Position numbers and translations under genes: made by a program
In this document: positions 1 to 10,622 of the stretch, piece by piece
Layout: each line of letters begins with the position of its first letter
How positions within the stretch are numbered: position 1 is the first letter of the stretch
Notes under the pieces: generated by a model
What the model saw: the letters and a program-made list of their open reading frames with translations, nothing else
Databases searched by the model: none
Told to the model about the DNA's origin: nothing
Source: Buchnera aphidicola str. APS (Acyrthosiphon pisum)
Lineage (GTDB): Bacteria > Pseudomonadota > Gammaproteobacteria > Enterobacterales > Enterobacteriaceae
Direction of reading: 5' to 3'
Length of the DNA stretch: 32,000 nucleotides
Assembly: GCF_000009605.1 (NCBI RefSeq)
Contig: NC_002528.1
Span: 510,001 to 542,000, forward strand

Positions 1-418
1 CTTTTTCAGCTGCAATAGACATTCCTAAACCTGCGCTGATTGAAGTAGAAGAATGACCGACACTTAAAGAATCATATTCACTTTCTTCTCGACAAGGGAA
101 AGAATGTAATCCATTTTTTTTTCTAATACTGTTTATTTTTTCACCTCTACCAGTCAATATTTTATGAGGATATGCCTGATGCCCTGTATCCCATAATAAA
201 TTATCAAATGGGGTATTATACACATAATGAAGAGCTACAGTAATTTCTACTACACCTAATCCAGAAGCAAAGTGTCCTTTAGAAATACTCACTACGTCTA
301 ACAAGTATTCTCGTAGTTCAAAACATAATTGTGGCAACTGTTCGACACTTAAAAGTCGTAAATTTTCTACTGAATTAGCAAAAGATAAAATTGGATATTT
401 GTTAAAATTAAAATTCAT
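1..418 (-). CDS. dxs: 1-deoxy-D-xylulose-5-phosphate synthase, N-terminal ~139 codons (gene continues past the window start)
   Basis: Reverse-strand translation from the ATG at 418-416 reads [13 protein letters not shown]...[47 protein letters not shown]...[21 protein letters not shown], which is the conserved DXS N-terminus. It lies directly downstream of ispA, as in the enterobacterial ispA-dxs operon. It is missing from the ORF track only because it is truncated by the window edge. Confidence 0.9.
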
Positions 419-475
419 TAGATACTCATTATTAAATTTATTTCATACATTTGATGATAAATTTTATTAATTTTT

Positions 476-1324
476 CTAGTATGTTGGTATTGAAATTTTT
501 TTTTTTAAACTATTTAATGCTAAAAATGATTTCTTATGTAATTGTTTTATTTTTTTTCTTGATTCATCTAAACCTATTATTAATGGATAAGTATGTTTTT
601 TAATAATTTTTTTATTGTCTGTTTTTACACTATCTTTTTTAAAATCTAAAATATCATCCTGAATTTGAAATGCCAAACCAATAGAAATCGAAAAAAGATC
701 TAATATTGATAATATAGATTTAGAAAAATTATTAGAAGAAAAATATACTAAACGTACAGCAGAACGCATTAAAAAAGAAGTTTTATATAAATTAATTATT
801 TCTAATTCAGATAAATTTACATCTTTTTTTTCTGCTTCTAAATCTAAATTTTGACCCATGCACATCCCAGATGAACCAATGGAATAAGATAATTCAGAAA
901 TCATTTTTATACGTTTTAAATTAGATACATTTGGCATAAAACTGTTTGATAGAATATTAAACGCAAGACTTTGCAAAGCATCACCAGCAAGTAAAGAAGT
1001 ACTTTCACCGTATTTTACATGACAAGATATCTTTCCTCTTCTAAAATTATCATTATCCATACAGGGTAAGTCATCATGTATTAAAGAGTATGAATGAATA
1101 AATTCGATGGCAGTAGATATAACATCTAATGTAGTAATATTAACTTTAAAAACATCTCCAGTTGAATATATTAAAGATGAACGCAATCTTTTACTACCTG
1201 AAAATACACTATATTTCATTGCTTTTAAAAGACTTGATTTTTGAAAAGGCAACTGATTTAATGTATAAAATAATTTTTGATTAATACGATGTTTGTATCT
1301 CTCATATAGATGAAAAAAATGCAT
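476..1324 (-). CDS. ispA: farnesyl diphosphate synthase (geranyltranstransferase)
   Basis: Both aspartate-rich prenyltransferase motifs are present (LIHDDLPCMDNDNFRRG and FQIQDDILD). The track ORF begins at a GTG at 1333. The ATG at 1324 (MHFFHLY...) is preceded by AGGTG at 6-nt spacing, so it is preferred. No xseB lies upstream, unlike E. coli xseB-ispA-dxs. Confidence 0.9.
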   Translation of the reverse strand: MHFFHLYERYKHRINQKLFYTLNQLPFQKSSLLKAMKYSVFSGSKRLRSSLIYSTGDVFKVNITTLDVISTAIEFIHSYSLIHDDLPCMDNDNFRRGKISCHVKYGESTSLLAGDALQSLAFNILSNSFMPNVSNLKRIKMISELSYSIGSSGMCMGQNLDLEAEKKDVNLSELEIINLYKTSFLMRSAVRLVYFSSNNFSKSILSILDLFSISIGLAFQIQDDILDFKKDSVKTDNKKIIKKHTYPLIIGLDESRKKIKQLHKKSFLALNSLKKKISIPTY

Positions 1325-1375
1325 ATTTAGCACCTAAAAAAATAAATATTTATTATATATAAAAATTTGATTATA

Positions 1376-2569
1376 CTATAAATAAAATCTATTTCTTAGA
1401 AAAAAACTAAAAATCAACCATAATAAAATTATAAATAATTCAAAATAAAATATCTGTGAAAAGTTTAAAAAACTATATAACCATCCGCTAAAAACACCTC
1501 CAAAAAAAATACCTAAAAATTGACTAGTAGAATAAATGCTCATTATACTACCTCTATAATTATTTGATAATTGCCTGCTAAGATGTGAAGAAAGAAAAAC
1601 TTCAAGAAAGTTAAAAGATATAAAAAAAATCTGTAAAGAAATTATTAAAAATAATAAATTTTTTTGTGCTGATAAAAAAATAATTTCTGAAAAAAGAATA
1701 AATAAAATACAAATTTCAATAATATTTTCTAAAATATATTTATATTTACAATAAAATATAAATAAGAATAAAACAAAAAAAGAAATTAATATAGTACCTA
1801 AATATACTTTCCAATGATTGTCTAAAGAAAAACCAGATATTTCAAACTGATTAGGAATCATCGTGAACTTAATCATCAATAAAAAATGTAAAAAAAATAC
1901 TCCTAAATAAAATCTAAAAAAAACTTTATTTAAAACAAAGTTTAATACTTTTTTATATGAATGGAGAGTTTTATTTTGTTTTAATATATTTTTTTTTGAA
2001 AAAGGAACAAAAAAACAAACAATTATCATACAAACAATAGATAAAAATGCAGATATCCAAAAAATAGAAAAAAACCCAAAATAATGAACAATTATAGGAC
2101 CAGAAACTACAGCAATTAAGAAGGAAATAGCAAAGCTAACACCTATAGCAGCAATAGATTTAACACGGTTTTCTTCACGGATCAAATCAGATAAAAAAGC
2201 CATACACACACCAGATATAGCTCCCGAACCCTGAAAAAATCTACCAATAATTAAACCCCAAATGGAATGAATACTAGCTGATATAATATTTCCTATAAAA
2301 AACATAAAAAGACCTAGTAAAATTATTTTCTTTCGATTGAATTTATCAGATAATATTCCAAATGGAATTTGAAAAATTACCTGAGAAATTCCATAAATAC
2401 CCATTGATAACCCGATTAAAAATTTATTACCACCATCTAAAAGCATGCCATATTTACTTAAAATAGGAAGAATCATAAACATTCCTAACATACGTAATAA
2501 AAAAATTACGCAAAAACTTAATGTAACTTGTAATTCTAAAAAGTTCATTTTATAATCCTTTATACTCAA
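1376..2569 (-). CDS. yajR: major facilitator superfamily transporter, YajR-like
   Basis: A 397-aa highly hydrophobic protein with about 12 predicted TM segments. MFS motif A is present in loop 2-3 (GILSDKFNRKKIILLG). The N-terminus (..KDYKM..LRMLGMFMILPIL) resembles my recollection of E. coli YajR. The track start at 2569 is a TTG. An alternative ATG at 2548 has an AAGGA upstream. Confidence 0.8.
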   Translation of the reverse strand: MSIKDYKMNFLELQVTLSFCVIFLLRMLGMFMILPILSKYGMLLDGGNKFLIGLSMGIYGISQVIFQIPFGILSDKFNRKKIILLGLFMFFIGNIISASIHSIWGLIIGRFFQGSGAISGVCMAFLSDLIREENRVKSIAAIGVSFAISFLIAVVSGPIIVHYFGFFSIFWISAFLSIVCMIIVCFFVPFSKKNILKQNKTLHSYKKVLNFVLNKVFFRFYLGVFFLHFLLMIKFTMIPNQFEISGFSLDNHWKVYLGTILISFFVLFLFIFYCKYKYILENIIEICILFILFSEIIFLSAQKNLLFLIISLQIFFISFNFLEVFLSSHLSRQLSNNYRGSIMSIYSTSQFLGIFFGGVFSGWLYSFLNFSQIFYFELFIILLWLIFSFFLRNRFYL

Positions 2570-2621
2570 TTTAATATTTTTTTAAAATTTATATCCAGAT
2601 TAAAATATATTTATCAAAAAA

Positions 2622-2966
2622 ATGAATACTGATAACAAAATATTATATACATATGAAAATCTTGAAAAAGATTCAGAGGGATATTTAAAGAAAACTAAAG
2701 ATTGGAATATAAAATTAGCAGAAGAAATCGCAAAAAGAGAAAATATTACTCTAAGTTCTGATCACTGGAAAGTAATAATTTTTGTACGTAAATTTTATTT
2801 TAAATTTAATATAACACCATCGATGAGAATGTTAATTAAAAGCATCCAAAAAGAAATAGGAAAATCTAAAATGAATAGTATTTATTTATTTAAACTCTTT
2901 CCTAAAGGACCTGCTAAACAAGCCAGCAAAATTGCTGGAATACCTAAACCAGTCAAATGCTTATAA
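2622..2966 (+). CDS. tusE: sulfurtransferase TusE (DsrC family; 2-thiouridine tRNA modification)
   Basis: A 114-aa protein with the DsrC/TusE-type C-terminus carrying the penultimate conserved Cys (GIPKPVKCL). Size and architecture are typical of YccK/TusE. Confidence 0.8.
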   Translation: MNTDNKILYTYENLEKDSEGYLKKTKDWNIKLAEEIAKRENITLSSDHWKVIIFVRKFYFKFNITPSMRMLIKSIQKEIGKSKMNSIYLFKLFPKGPAKQASKIAGIPKPVKCL

Positions 2967-2986
2967 AAAAAATAAATTAAAATATT

Positions 2987-3844
2987 TTAAAAAAAAACAT
3001 CGATTGATATCAAAAAATTAAAAAAAACAATAACAATAATTGAGAAATAAAATAGTTTCCTAGCATTTTTCTTATCATTATTCTTTTTTATATTAGAATA
3101 AGATAAAAACGACCAATAAAAATTTACAATAGAAGAGAGAAGTAAAAAATTATAACTTAAATAACCCAAAAAAGTAAATAACGAACTAAAAAAAGAAAAA
3201 TTAAGAACATAAAAAAAAATATGTTTTTTTGTTATAGCAACACCCTTCACAACAGAAAAAACAGGAATTTTAGCTTCTCTATAGTCCTTTATTCTCATAA
3301 TAGAAATAGAATAAAAATGAGACATTTGCCAAAATATCACAATAACAAATAACAATATAGAACATATATCAATGGTATTAGAAACTGCGGTATAACCAAT
3401 AACAGATGGTGTAGAACCCGAAAAACTTCCGATAAATGTAGAATAAAATGATCTTCTTTTATAAAACATGGTATATAAAACCACATAAATAAAAAAACCA
3501 AAAACAGCTAAACTCATTGATATAAAATTTACTAAACAACCTAATATAGATAAACCTAAAACGCCTAAAAAAATAGCAAAATTGAATACAGAAAAAACAG
3601 GAAGCAATTTTTTTGATAGAACTCTGTTACTTGTACGCTTCATTTTTTTATCTATATCAATATCGATTAAATTGTTAAAAACACAAGCAGAAGCAATTAC
3701 TAAAGACGCCCCCAAGATAGTATATATAAATAAAACATAATTGAAAGCAGCATGTCTAGATGCAAATAAAAAACCTCCTGTAATTAAAGTAGAATTTCCA
3801 ATAATAATACCAGGTTTAGTAATTTCTATATAATTTTTAAACAT
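2987..3844 (-). CDS. cyoE: protoheme IX farnesyltransferase (heme O synthase)
   Basis: A 285-aa polytopic UbiA-family membrane protein ([18 protein letters not shown] motif). It is the last gene of a contiguous cyoABCDE cluster. Confidence 0.9.
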
Positions 3845-3871
3845 ATAAATAAATTTTCTTAAATTAAGTTT

Positions 3872-4189
3872 TTACATTGTATTATGATTTAAATTAAACA
3901 TAATCCATATAGAACCAAATACTACAATGAAAATAATGATGATCACAAATAATAAAGTAATCAGATTCCATCTTTCTTCTGGATCAAAACTTAAATGTAA
4001 AAAATATACGAAATGAATAATAATTTGACTAATAGCACATAACAAGAAAATAATGTAATTAACTTCGCTGCAAAAGAATTTTTCTATTGCCAATAGAAAT
4101 GGCAGTGTAGTTAATAGAGAAGAAAATAAAAAACCTAATAAATAAGACTTCATTTCTTTATTCATATTAAAGTTTAAAAAACTACTCAT
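3872..4189 (-). CDS. cyoD: cytochrome bo3 ubiquinol oxidase subunit IV
   Basis: A small protein with 3 TM segments between cyoC and cyoE. The track ORF starts at a TTG (4255) inside cyoC. The ATG at 4189-4187 overlaps the cyoC stop codon (TAATG), giving about 105 aa, the expected CyoD size. Confidence 0.85.
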
Positions 4190-4806
4190 TAAATAGCTCC
4201 ATTTAAATAAACAAAAGTAAAAACACAAATCCATATAATGTCTAAAAAATGCCAAAAAACACTAAAACACAAAATTCTAGTTCGAATAGAATTAGTCAAA
4301 CCTAGTTTTTTTATTTGATAAAGAATTGACAATATCAAAATTAAACCGAAAAAAATATGTACACCATGAGTGGCAACAAGAGTAAAGAAAATAGAAAAAA
4401 AAGCATTTTTATCAGGACCAAAGTTTTCTATAATCAATTCATAAAATTCATGCACTTCCATTAATAAAAAAATCAAGCCAAATATAAAAGTTATTGTTAA
4501 AAATGAATAAATCATTTTTATACGTTTCTGATTCATTGCGATAACAACAAACCCACATGACAAAGAACTTAATAATAATAAAAATGTTTCTAATAAAATA
4601 GAAGATAAATTAAAAATTTTATTACTAATTAAATTAATTGATATATTTGAAGAGACGATAGCATAAACGGCAAAAAGAACCGCAAACATAATACAGTCGC
4701 TCATTAAATATATCCATAAACCAAATAACTTTTTAGTTTCTGATATTTTATCATGCGTACTAGAATTACTATTTAATATAGTATTATTAAATTTATTTTC
4801 TATCAT
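4189..4806 (-). CDS. cyoC: cytochrome bo3 ubiquinol oxidase subunit III
   Basis: Conserved [11 protein letters not shown]...[18 protein letters not shown] blocks match CyoC. The track start at 4836 is a TTG. The ATG at 4806 overlaps the cyoB stop (ATGA) and gives an E. coli-like length of about 205 aa. Confidence 0.9.
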
Positions 4807-6791
4807 TTTAAACCTGCTTTTTGAATATTTTTCCAATATTGATGCTCAATTTTTTTTATCTCTTCTGCTGATATAGTATACTCAGTATCTTCATTAAGAC
4901 TATTGATAAATAAACTAATAATAATTGCAAGAAAAGATAAAATACACAACCAAGTAATATGCCAAACCGCTGAAAAACCAAAAAACAATGAAAATATGCT
5001 TATCATAAATCCTAAACCTGTATTTTTAGGCATATGAATATCATGATAATTAATACTATTAATTAATTTATTGTAATGTTGTCCTTCTTTATTTCGCCAA
5101 AAATCGTCTCTATCTTCAACCTTAGGAATAATAGCAAAATTATATAGTGGAGCAGGTGAAGAGGTCGACCATTCTAAAGTCCTACCATCCCAAGGATCAC
5201 CAGTTAAATCTAAATTGTGTCGGCGTTCTTTTATTGAAATAAAAAACTGAATAACTTGACAAATAATCCCGATACCAATAAAACAAGCGCCAATAGCAGC
5301 TATACATAACAACATATGAAATTCGGAGTCAATATTTTGACTTAAACGACGAGTCATACCCATTAGACCTAAAAAATACAAGGGTATGAAAGCAAGAAAA
5401 AATCCTATTATCCAAAACCAAAAAGCACGTTTTCCCCAAATTTCATTTAGAACAAATCCAAATAATTTAGGAAACCAATAATTAATACCAGCGAAACAAC
5501 CAAAAACAACTCCGCCAATTATTACATTGTGAAAATGTGCAACTAAAAACAAGCTATTATGTAAAACAAAATCAGCCGGAGGAACAGACAATAACACACC
5601 AGTCATTCCACCAATAGAAAATGTTACTAAAAAACCTAAAGTCCACAATATAGAAGAATGCATATGCACCCGACCTTGATATATTGTAAATAACCAGTTA
5701 AAAATCTTTACACCAGTAGGAATTGCTATAATCATAGTAGTAATTCCAAAAAAAGTATTTACATCAGCTCCTGCTCCCATGGTAAAAAAATGATGTAACC
5801 ATACAATAAAAGATAAAATAGTAATAGATAATGTTGCCCATACCAAAGAAACATATCCAAATAATCGTTTTTTAGAAAAAGTAGCCACTACCTCTGAAAA
5901 TACACCAAAAACTGGTAGTACTAAGATATAAACTTCTGGATGACCCCAAATCCATATTAAATTCACATACATCATTGCATTACCGCCTAAATCATTAGTA
6001 AAAAAATGAAAATTAAAATAACGATCTAAAGTCAGCAATACAAGAGTAACAGTTAAAACTGGAAACGAAATAACTATAAGAATATTAGTACATAAAGAGG
6101 TCCAAGTAAAAACCGGCATTTTAAAAAAAGACATACCCGGAGCTCTCATTTTTAAAATTGTTACTAGAAAATTAATTCCTGTTAATGTTGTTCCAACACC
6201 TGAAATTTGTAAACTCCAAATCCAATAATCTACCCCTACACCTGAACTATATTTTATACCAGACAATGGTGGATAAGCTAACCAACCTGTTTGAGCAAAT
6301 TCTCCTATTCCCAAAGACAAAGTAAGTAAAACCGCACTGCTAACATTTAACCAAAAACTTAGATTATTAAGAAACGGGAAAGCAACATCACGGGCTCCAA
6401 TTTGCAATGGTATTACTAAGTTCATTAAACCAATAACCAGCGGCATAGCTACAAAAAAAATCATTATTACACCATGAGCTGTAAATATTTGATCATAGTG
6501 ATGTGGCGGTAAAAAACCTTTAAAACCTGCTGATGCAACAACTTGTTGAGTACGCATTAATATAGCATCAACAAAACCACGAAATAACATAACAAATGCA
6601 AGTATTCCATACATAATAGATATTTTTTTATGATCAACCGTAGTAAACCATTCATACCATAAATATTTCCATTTTTTATAATAAGTAATAGTCGATGCTA
6701 TGCATAATGCAATTAAAATAATCGCAATATAAGTAATCATTATAATTGGTTCATGATAGGGTATGGCATCAAACGTCAATTTTCCAAACAT
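4803..6791 (-). CDS. cyoB: cytochrome bo3 ubiquinol oxidase subunit I
   Basis: A 662-aa heme-copper oxidase subunit I with conserved segments [24 protein letters not shown] and [14 protein letters not shown], including the histidine ligands. Confidence 0.97.
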   Translation of the reverse strand: MFGKLTFDAIPYHEPIIMITYIAIILIALCIASTITYYKKWKYLWYEWFTTVDHKKISIMYGILAFVMLFRGFVDAILMRTQQVVASAGFKGFLPPHHYDQIFTAHGVIMIFFVAMPLVIGLMNLVIPLQIGARDVAFPFLNNLSFWLNVSSAVLLTLSLGIGEFAQTGWLAYPPLSGIKYSSGVGVDYWIWSLQISGVGTTLTGINFLVTILKMRAPGMSFFKMPVFTWTSLCTNILIVISFPVLTVTLVLLTLDRYFNFHFFTNDLGGNAMMYVNLIWIWGHPEVYILVLPVFGVFSEVVATFSKKRLFGYVSLVWATLSITILSFIVWLHHFFTMGAGADVNTFFGITTMIIAIPTGVKIFNWLFTIYQGRVHMHSSILWTLGFLVTFSIGGMTGVLLSVPPADFVLHNSLFLVAHFHNVIIGGVVFGCFAGINYWFPKLFGFVLNEIWGKRAFWFWIIGFFLAFIPLYFLGLMGMTRRLSQNIDSEFHMLLCIAAIGACFIGIGIICQVIQFFISIKERRHNLDLTGDPWDGRTLEWSTSSPAPLYNFAIIPKVEDRDDFWRNKEGQHYNKLINSINYHDIHMPKNTGLGFMISIFSLFFGFSAVWHITWLCILSFLAIIISLFINSLNEDTEYTISAEEIKKIEHQYWKNIQKAGLK

Positions 6792-6795
6792 TATT

Positions 6796-7713
6796 CTATT
6801 TCTCCATATTAAAATTTTTCTTTACAATTTCATGCGAAAGATTTTCATCTAAGATAAAATGTTTTATAGAATATTGGTTTTTAATTTTATTAAATAAATT
6901 TTTTTTAACACTTGAAAAATATTCAATAGAATAATTTTCATTTGGAATAGATATTATATCAAAAGTTTTCATTGTATTTAATTTTATAGATGATGCTTGT
7001 ACTTTTTTTACCCAATCTAAAAAAGTTGAATTTTTTAAAACAGATATTGCGGTGAATTTCATATTAGAAAAACCGTGTCCACTGTAATTAGATGATATTC
7101 CTTTATATTTACCTACATCATTAGCAATTAAATTTAATTTTGTTGTCATTCCAGGCATAGCATATATTTGACTACCTAAAGATGGAATAAAAAAAGCATT
7201 CATAACAGAATTTGAAGTAATTCGAAAAACAATCGGTCTATTCACAGGAAACATAATTTCATTAATTGTAGCAATATTATAATCTGGATAAATAAATAAC
7301 CATTTCCAATCTAACGCTACTGCGTCTATTTTTATAGGATTATTTAAAGAGACTATAGATTTTTTAGGATCTAATTTATGAGTATAACTCCAAGATAAAA
7401 ATGCTAAAAAAGAAACTATTATAATAGGAATCGTCCAAACTACAATTTCTATTTTTTTGGAATCACACCAATTAGGCTTGTATATCTGATTAACATTAGT
7501 TGAACGATACTTAAGAGAAAAATATATAGTCATGAAAATTACAGGAATAATAATAAATAACATCATTATAAAAGATATTAATATTAATGAATATTCCTCT
7601 GTAGCAATTGTTCCATGAGAATTAAGAAGTGGATTGTTGCATCCATTCAGAAAAAAAAATATTAATATCAATGATAATGTTTTCATAAAATTATTATAGT
7701 TTAAAAATATCAT
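6796..7713 (-). CDS. cyoA: cytochrome bo3 ubiquinol oxidase subunit II (lipoprotein)
   Basis: A 305-aa protein with a 25-residue signal peptide ending in the lipobox LNGC, the same length as the E. coli CyoA signal, then 2 TM segments and a cupredoxin-like domain. The ATG at 7713 is preceded by TGAGGT at 6-nt spacing. Confidence 0.93.
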
Positions 7714-7984
7714 TCAAAAACCTCAAAAATAATGTATTTTTTATTCAAATATCTTTAATAATACTGTTATTATCAAAAATTTTTATAGGAAAATTATTAT
7801 CTTATAAAAAGTAATAATCTGTGAAATAATTGAATTATTTTTTAAAAATTGTTAAAATTTAAAATTAAAAATTACATTTTTTTAAAAAATTTATTTATCA
7901 AAAAATACAATATAATACTATCAAAATAGCATAAAAAAATTTTATCTATTTTTTTTATTAATAAAAAGGACATAATATCAATTA

Positions 7985-8299
7985 ATGACTCTAGAAAAAA
8001 TAAAAAAATATTTAATATCTAAAATAAATATAAAATTTATTGAAATTTATGACGATAGCCAATTTCATCATTACTCTAAAAAAGGTCTTACACATTTAAG
8101 AATAATTATTATTAGCGATGATTTTATTAATCAAACGCTAATTAATAGACACCGAATAATTTTTTCAATGCTATCAAAAATGATAGAAAAAAAAATATAT
8201 TCGTTAACTTTAAATACTTACACATTAAATGAATGGAAAGATAAAAAACTTAAAAAGACTAGTAATGTTAAGTGTGTAAAAAAAAATAATATTTTATGA
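7985..8299 (+). CDS. bolA: BolA family transcriptional regulator / stress-morphogene protein
   Basis: A 104-aa protein. The [12 protein letters not shown]...[11 protein letters not shown] block matches the BolA core (E. coli FLNRHRMIYSTL...LALHTYTIKEW). Confidence 0.9.
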   Translation: MTLEKIKKYLISKINIKFIEIYDDSQFHHYSKKGLTHLRIIIISDDFINQTLINRHRIIFSMLSKMIEKKIYSLTLNTYTLNEWKDKKLKKTSNVKCVKKNNIL

Positions 8300-8434
8300 A
8301 TTTAATCAAAATATTTATGATCATAATCATATAATTTTTTTAAAATAATTATACTTAAGATATATAAAAACATTTTTAAAAATAGTAAAAAATATAAAAT
8401 ACACTGATAAAAGTAATCGTTTTGAGGTAATAAG

Positions 8435-9763
8435 ATGAATTTTTTTATGGAAAAAAATAAAGATGCAGGTCATCGTGTTACAATTAAGATCCCAAAAACA
8501 ACAGTCAATAATTCTCTTCTTCAAGAATTTATAAAAATTAGAAAAACAACTAAAATTAATGGTTTTAGAAAAGGAAAAACTCCTATTAGAGTAATACAAG
8601 AAAAGTATGGTAGTGCTATTTATTATGATATATTTAAAAAACTAATGCAAAAATTTTTTCATGAATTTATAAAGACAGAAAAAATAAAAATTATTGGTTC
8701 TCCGAAATTTTATATCCATCAAGATGAAGATAAAAAAAAAGAATATTTTGAATATTCTGTAATTTACGAACTATATCCACAATTTCAAATAAAAGATATA
8801 AAACAAATAAAAGTGAATAAAATAAACGTCGAAATAACAGAAGAAGATATTAAAAAAAACATAGAAACAAATAAAAATAAAAAAAATATTTGGAATCCAG
8901 TCAACAAAGCAGTTAAATCATATGACCGTGTAACAATTAATTATTGTATTTATGAAAAAAATAAAAAAATAAAAAAATTTGATAAAGACAATATTAGTTT
9001 TATTGTATCTAAAAACACATTGATACCCCAATTAAATTATAAAATAATCAATCATTTTGTTAATGACATTATTTTTTTTAAAATAAAATTTCATGCGTTT
9101 CATCCAGAAAAAGAACTACAAAATAAAGATATAACATTTAAAATAAAAATTATTAAAATTGAAAAAAAACAAGAATTAGAATCAGAAAAAAGTAATAAAA
9201 AAAACATCACGGAAAAAAAAACGATTCAAACGGACTATCAAACCATAAAAAATAATCTTCATTCACAAATCAATATAATAACTGATAAATATTTAGAAAA
9301 TCAAATCATACAAAAAATCGTTGAAAAAAATATTCTATTGCTCCCTCCTCTTTTATTTCAAAAAGAAATAAAAAATTTATATAAACAATACACAAAACAA
9401 TATCAAGAAGAAAATTCTAATATTTTAGAAAAAAAATACCACATGAGTCTTGATTCAGAAGTTAAAAAAAGATTGTATTTTCAAATTATAATAGAACAAA
9501 TTATTTTAAATAATAAATTATTTGCAGATGAAAATAACATCCAAAAATTAATCAAAAAAATATCCTCAAATTATAAAAACCCCATGGAAATAATTAAATT
9601 ATATAATAAAAATAAAAATCTTAAAAATACTATGAAAAATATAGAATTAGAAAGACAAGCCATGTTGTTATTAAAAAAAAGTATTAAAATTGAAAAACAA
9701 AATTGGAATTTTGAACGCTTTTTAAATTATAATTGGGCAAGTCATGAAGAATTAATGCTGTAA
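8435..9763 (+). CDS. tig: trigger factor (ribosome-associated chaperone / PPIase)
   Basis: A 442-aa protein. The N-terminal ribosome-binding signature INGFRKGKTP is at the same offset as in E. coli Tig. TGAGGT lies upstream of the ATG. The order tig-clpP-clpX-lon is conserved. Confidence 0.93.
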   Translation: MNFFMEKNKDAGHRVTIKIPKTTVNNSLLQEFIKIRKTTKINGFRKGKTPIRVIQEKYGSAIYYDIFKKLMQKFFHEFIKTEKIKIIGSPKFYIHQDEDKKKEYFEYSVIYELYPQFQIKDIKQIKVNKINVEITEEDIKKNIETNKNKKNIWNPVNKAVKSYDRVTINYCIYEKNKKIKKFDKDNISFIVSKNTLIPQLNYKIINHFVNDIIFFKIKFHAFHPEKELQNKDITFKIKIIKIEKKQELESEKSNKKNITEKKTIQTDYQTIKNNLHSQINIITDKYLENQIIQKIVEKNILLLPPLLFQKEIKNLYKQYTKQYQEENSNILEKKYHMSLDSEVKKRLYFQIIIEQIILNNKLFADENNIQKLIKKISSNYKNPMEIIKLYNKNKNLKNTMKNIELERQAMLLLKKSIKIEKQNWNFERFLNYNWASHEELML

Positions 9764-9897
9764 TTAATAAAAATATTTTCTTGTGATATTATAAATTTTT
9801 CTAAAATATTAATTTTTAAGAAAGATAATTAATATTATTTAATAATTAAAAAGTAAAATTACCAGAAAAGTAATATTAAATATTTTTAGGAATAAAA

Positions 9898-10524
9898 ATG
9901 CTATACGATCAAATTAAAAATAATAAAACAAGTTCATACGCTACTTTCATTCCTATGGTTGTAGAACAGCATTCTAGGGGAGAGCGTTCATATGATATAT
10001 ATTCACGATTATTAAAAGAACGAATAATTTTTATAACAGGTGCCATTGAAGATAACATGGCTAATAACATTGTTGCTCAAATATTATTTTTAGAAGCTGA
10101 AAATCCAGAAAAAGATATATTTTTATATATTAATTCTCCAGGTGGTATTATTACATCAGGCATGTCCATTTATGACACTATGCAATTCGTCAAACCAGAA
10201 ATTAGTACTATTTGCTTAGGTCAAGCATGTTCAATGGCTGCTTTATTATTAACATCTGGAGCAAAAGGAAAAAGATTTTGTTTACCTAATTCAAAAGTTA
10301 TGATTCATCAACCACTAGGTGGATACCAAGGACAAGCTTCAGATATTGCTATTCATGCCAGGGAAATAATGGAAATGAAAAAAAAATTAAATAAATTAAT
10401 GTCATTTCATACTGGTCAATCTATAAAAAAAATAAATAAAGATACAGAACGTGATTGTTTTTTATCAGCAAACCAGTCTATTAAATATGGACTAATAGAT
10501 TTTATTTTATCTCAGCGTCAATAA
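9898..10524 (+). CDS. clpP: ATP-dependent Clp protease proteolytic subunit
   Basis: A 208-aa protein nearly colinear with E. coli ClpP ([27 protein letters not shown]..., catalytic Ser in GQACSMAA, His in VMIHQPLGG, Asp in DTERD). Confidence 0.97.
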   Translation: MLYDQIKNNKTSSYATFIPMVVEQHSRGERSYDIYSRLLKERIIFITGAIEDNMANNIVAQILFLEAENPEKDIFLYINSPGGIITSGMSIYDTMQFVKPEISTICLGQACSMAALLLTSGAKGKRFCLPNSKVMIHQPLGGYQGQASDIAIHAREIMEMKKKLNKLMSFHTGQSIKKINKDTERDCFLSANQSIKYGLIDFILSQRQ

Positions 10525-10622
10525 AAAAAATAAATCAATAAAATTTTTACTAAAATATTTTATGGAAAAATATAGAATCTATTTACTCAAAAATATAAAA
10601 AGCGCACAAAAAGAGGTTAAAT

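Noticed and set aside
4190-4255. N-terminal extensions in the ORF track (cyoD from 4255, cyoC from 4836, ispA from 1333, mdlB from 19155, dnaX from 21210, folD from 25921)
   Set aside because: Most of these extended starts are TTG or GTG codons or overlap the upstream gene. Internal ATGs give lengths and N-termini that align with the E. coli orthologues, and several form ATGA or TAATG coupling overlaps.
6746-6934. 62-aa plus-strand ORF across the cyoA/cyoB junction
   Set aside because: It is antisense to two conserved oxidase genes and has no ribosome-binding site or recognisable domain.
7714-7984. Sigma-70 promoter calls in the cyoA/bolA divergent spacer (for example tataat at 7911-7916) and other spacers
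   Set aside because: TATAAT-like hexamers occur everywhere in this composition, and no acceptable -35 element lies at 16-18 bp. Prediction would be noise without transcription-start data.
8314-8341. Small hairpin tatgat-cata-atcata followed by a T7 run after bolA, as a possible terminator
   Set aside because: The stem is only 6 bp and mostly A-T, with 3 nt between stem and T-run. It is too weak to call.
8327-8599. 90-aa minus-strand ORF spanning the bolA-tig spacer and the tig 5' end
   Set aside because: It overlaps the well-supported tig start, gives a Phe/Ile/Lys-rich low-complexity product with no motif, and is typical of chance ORFs in AT-rich DNA.
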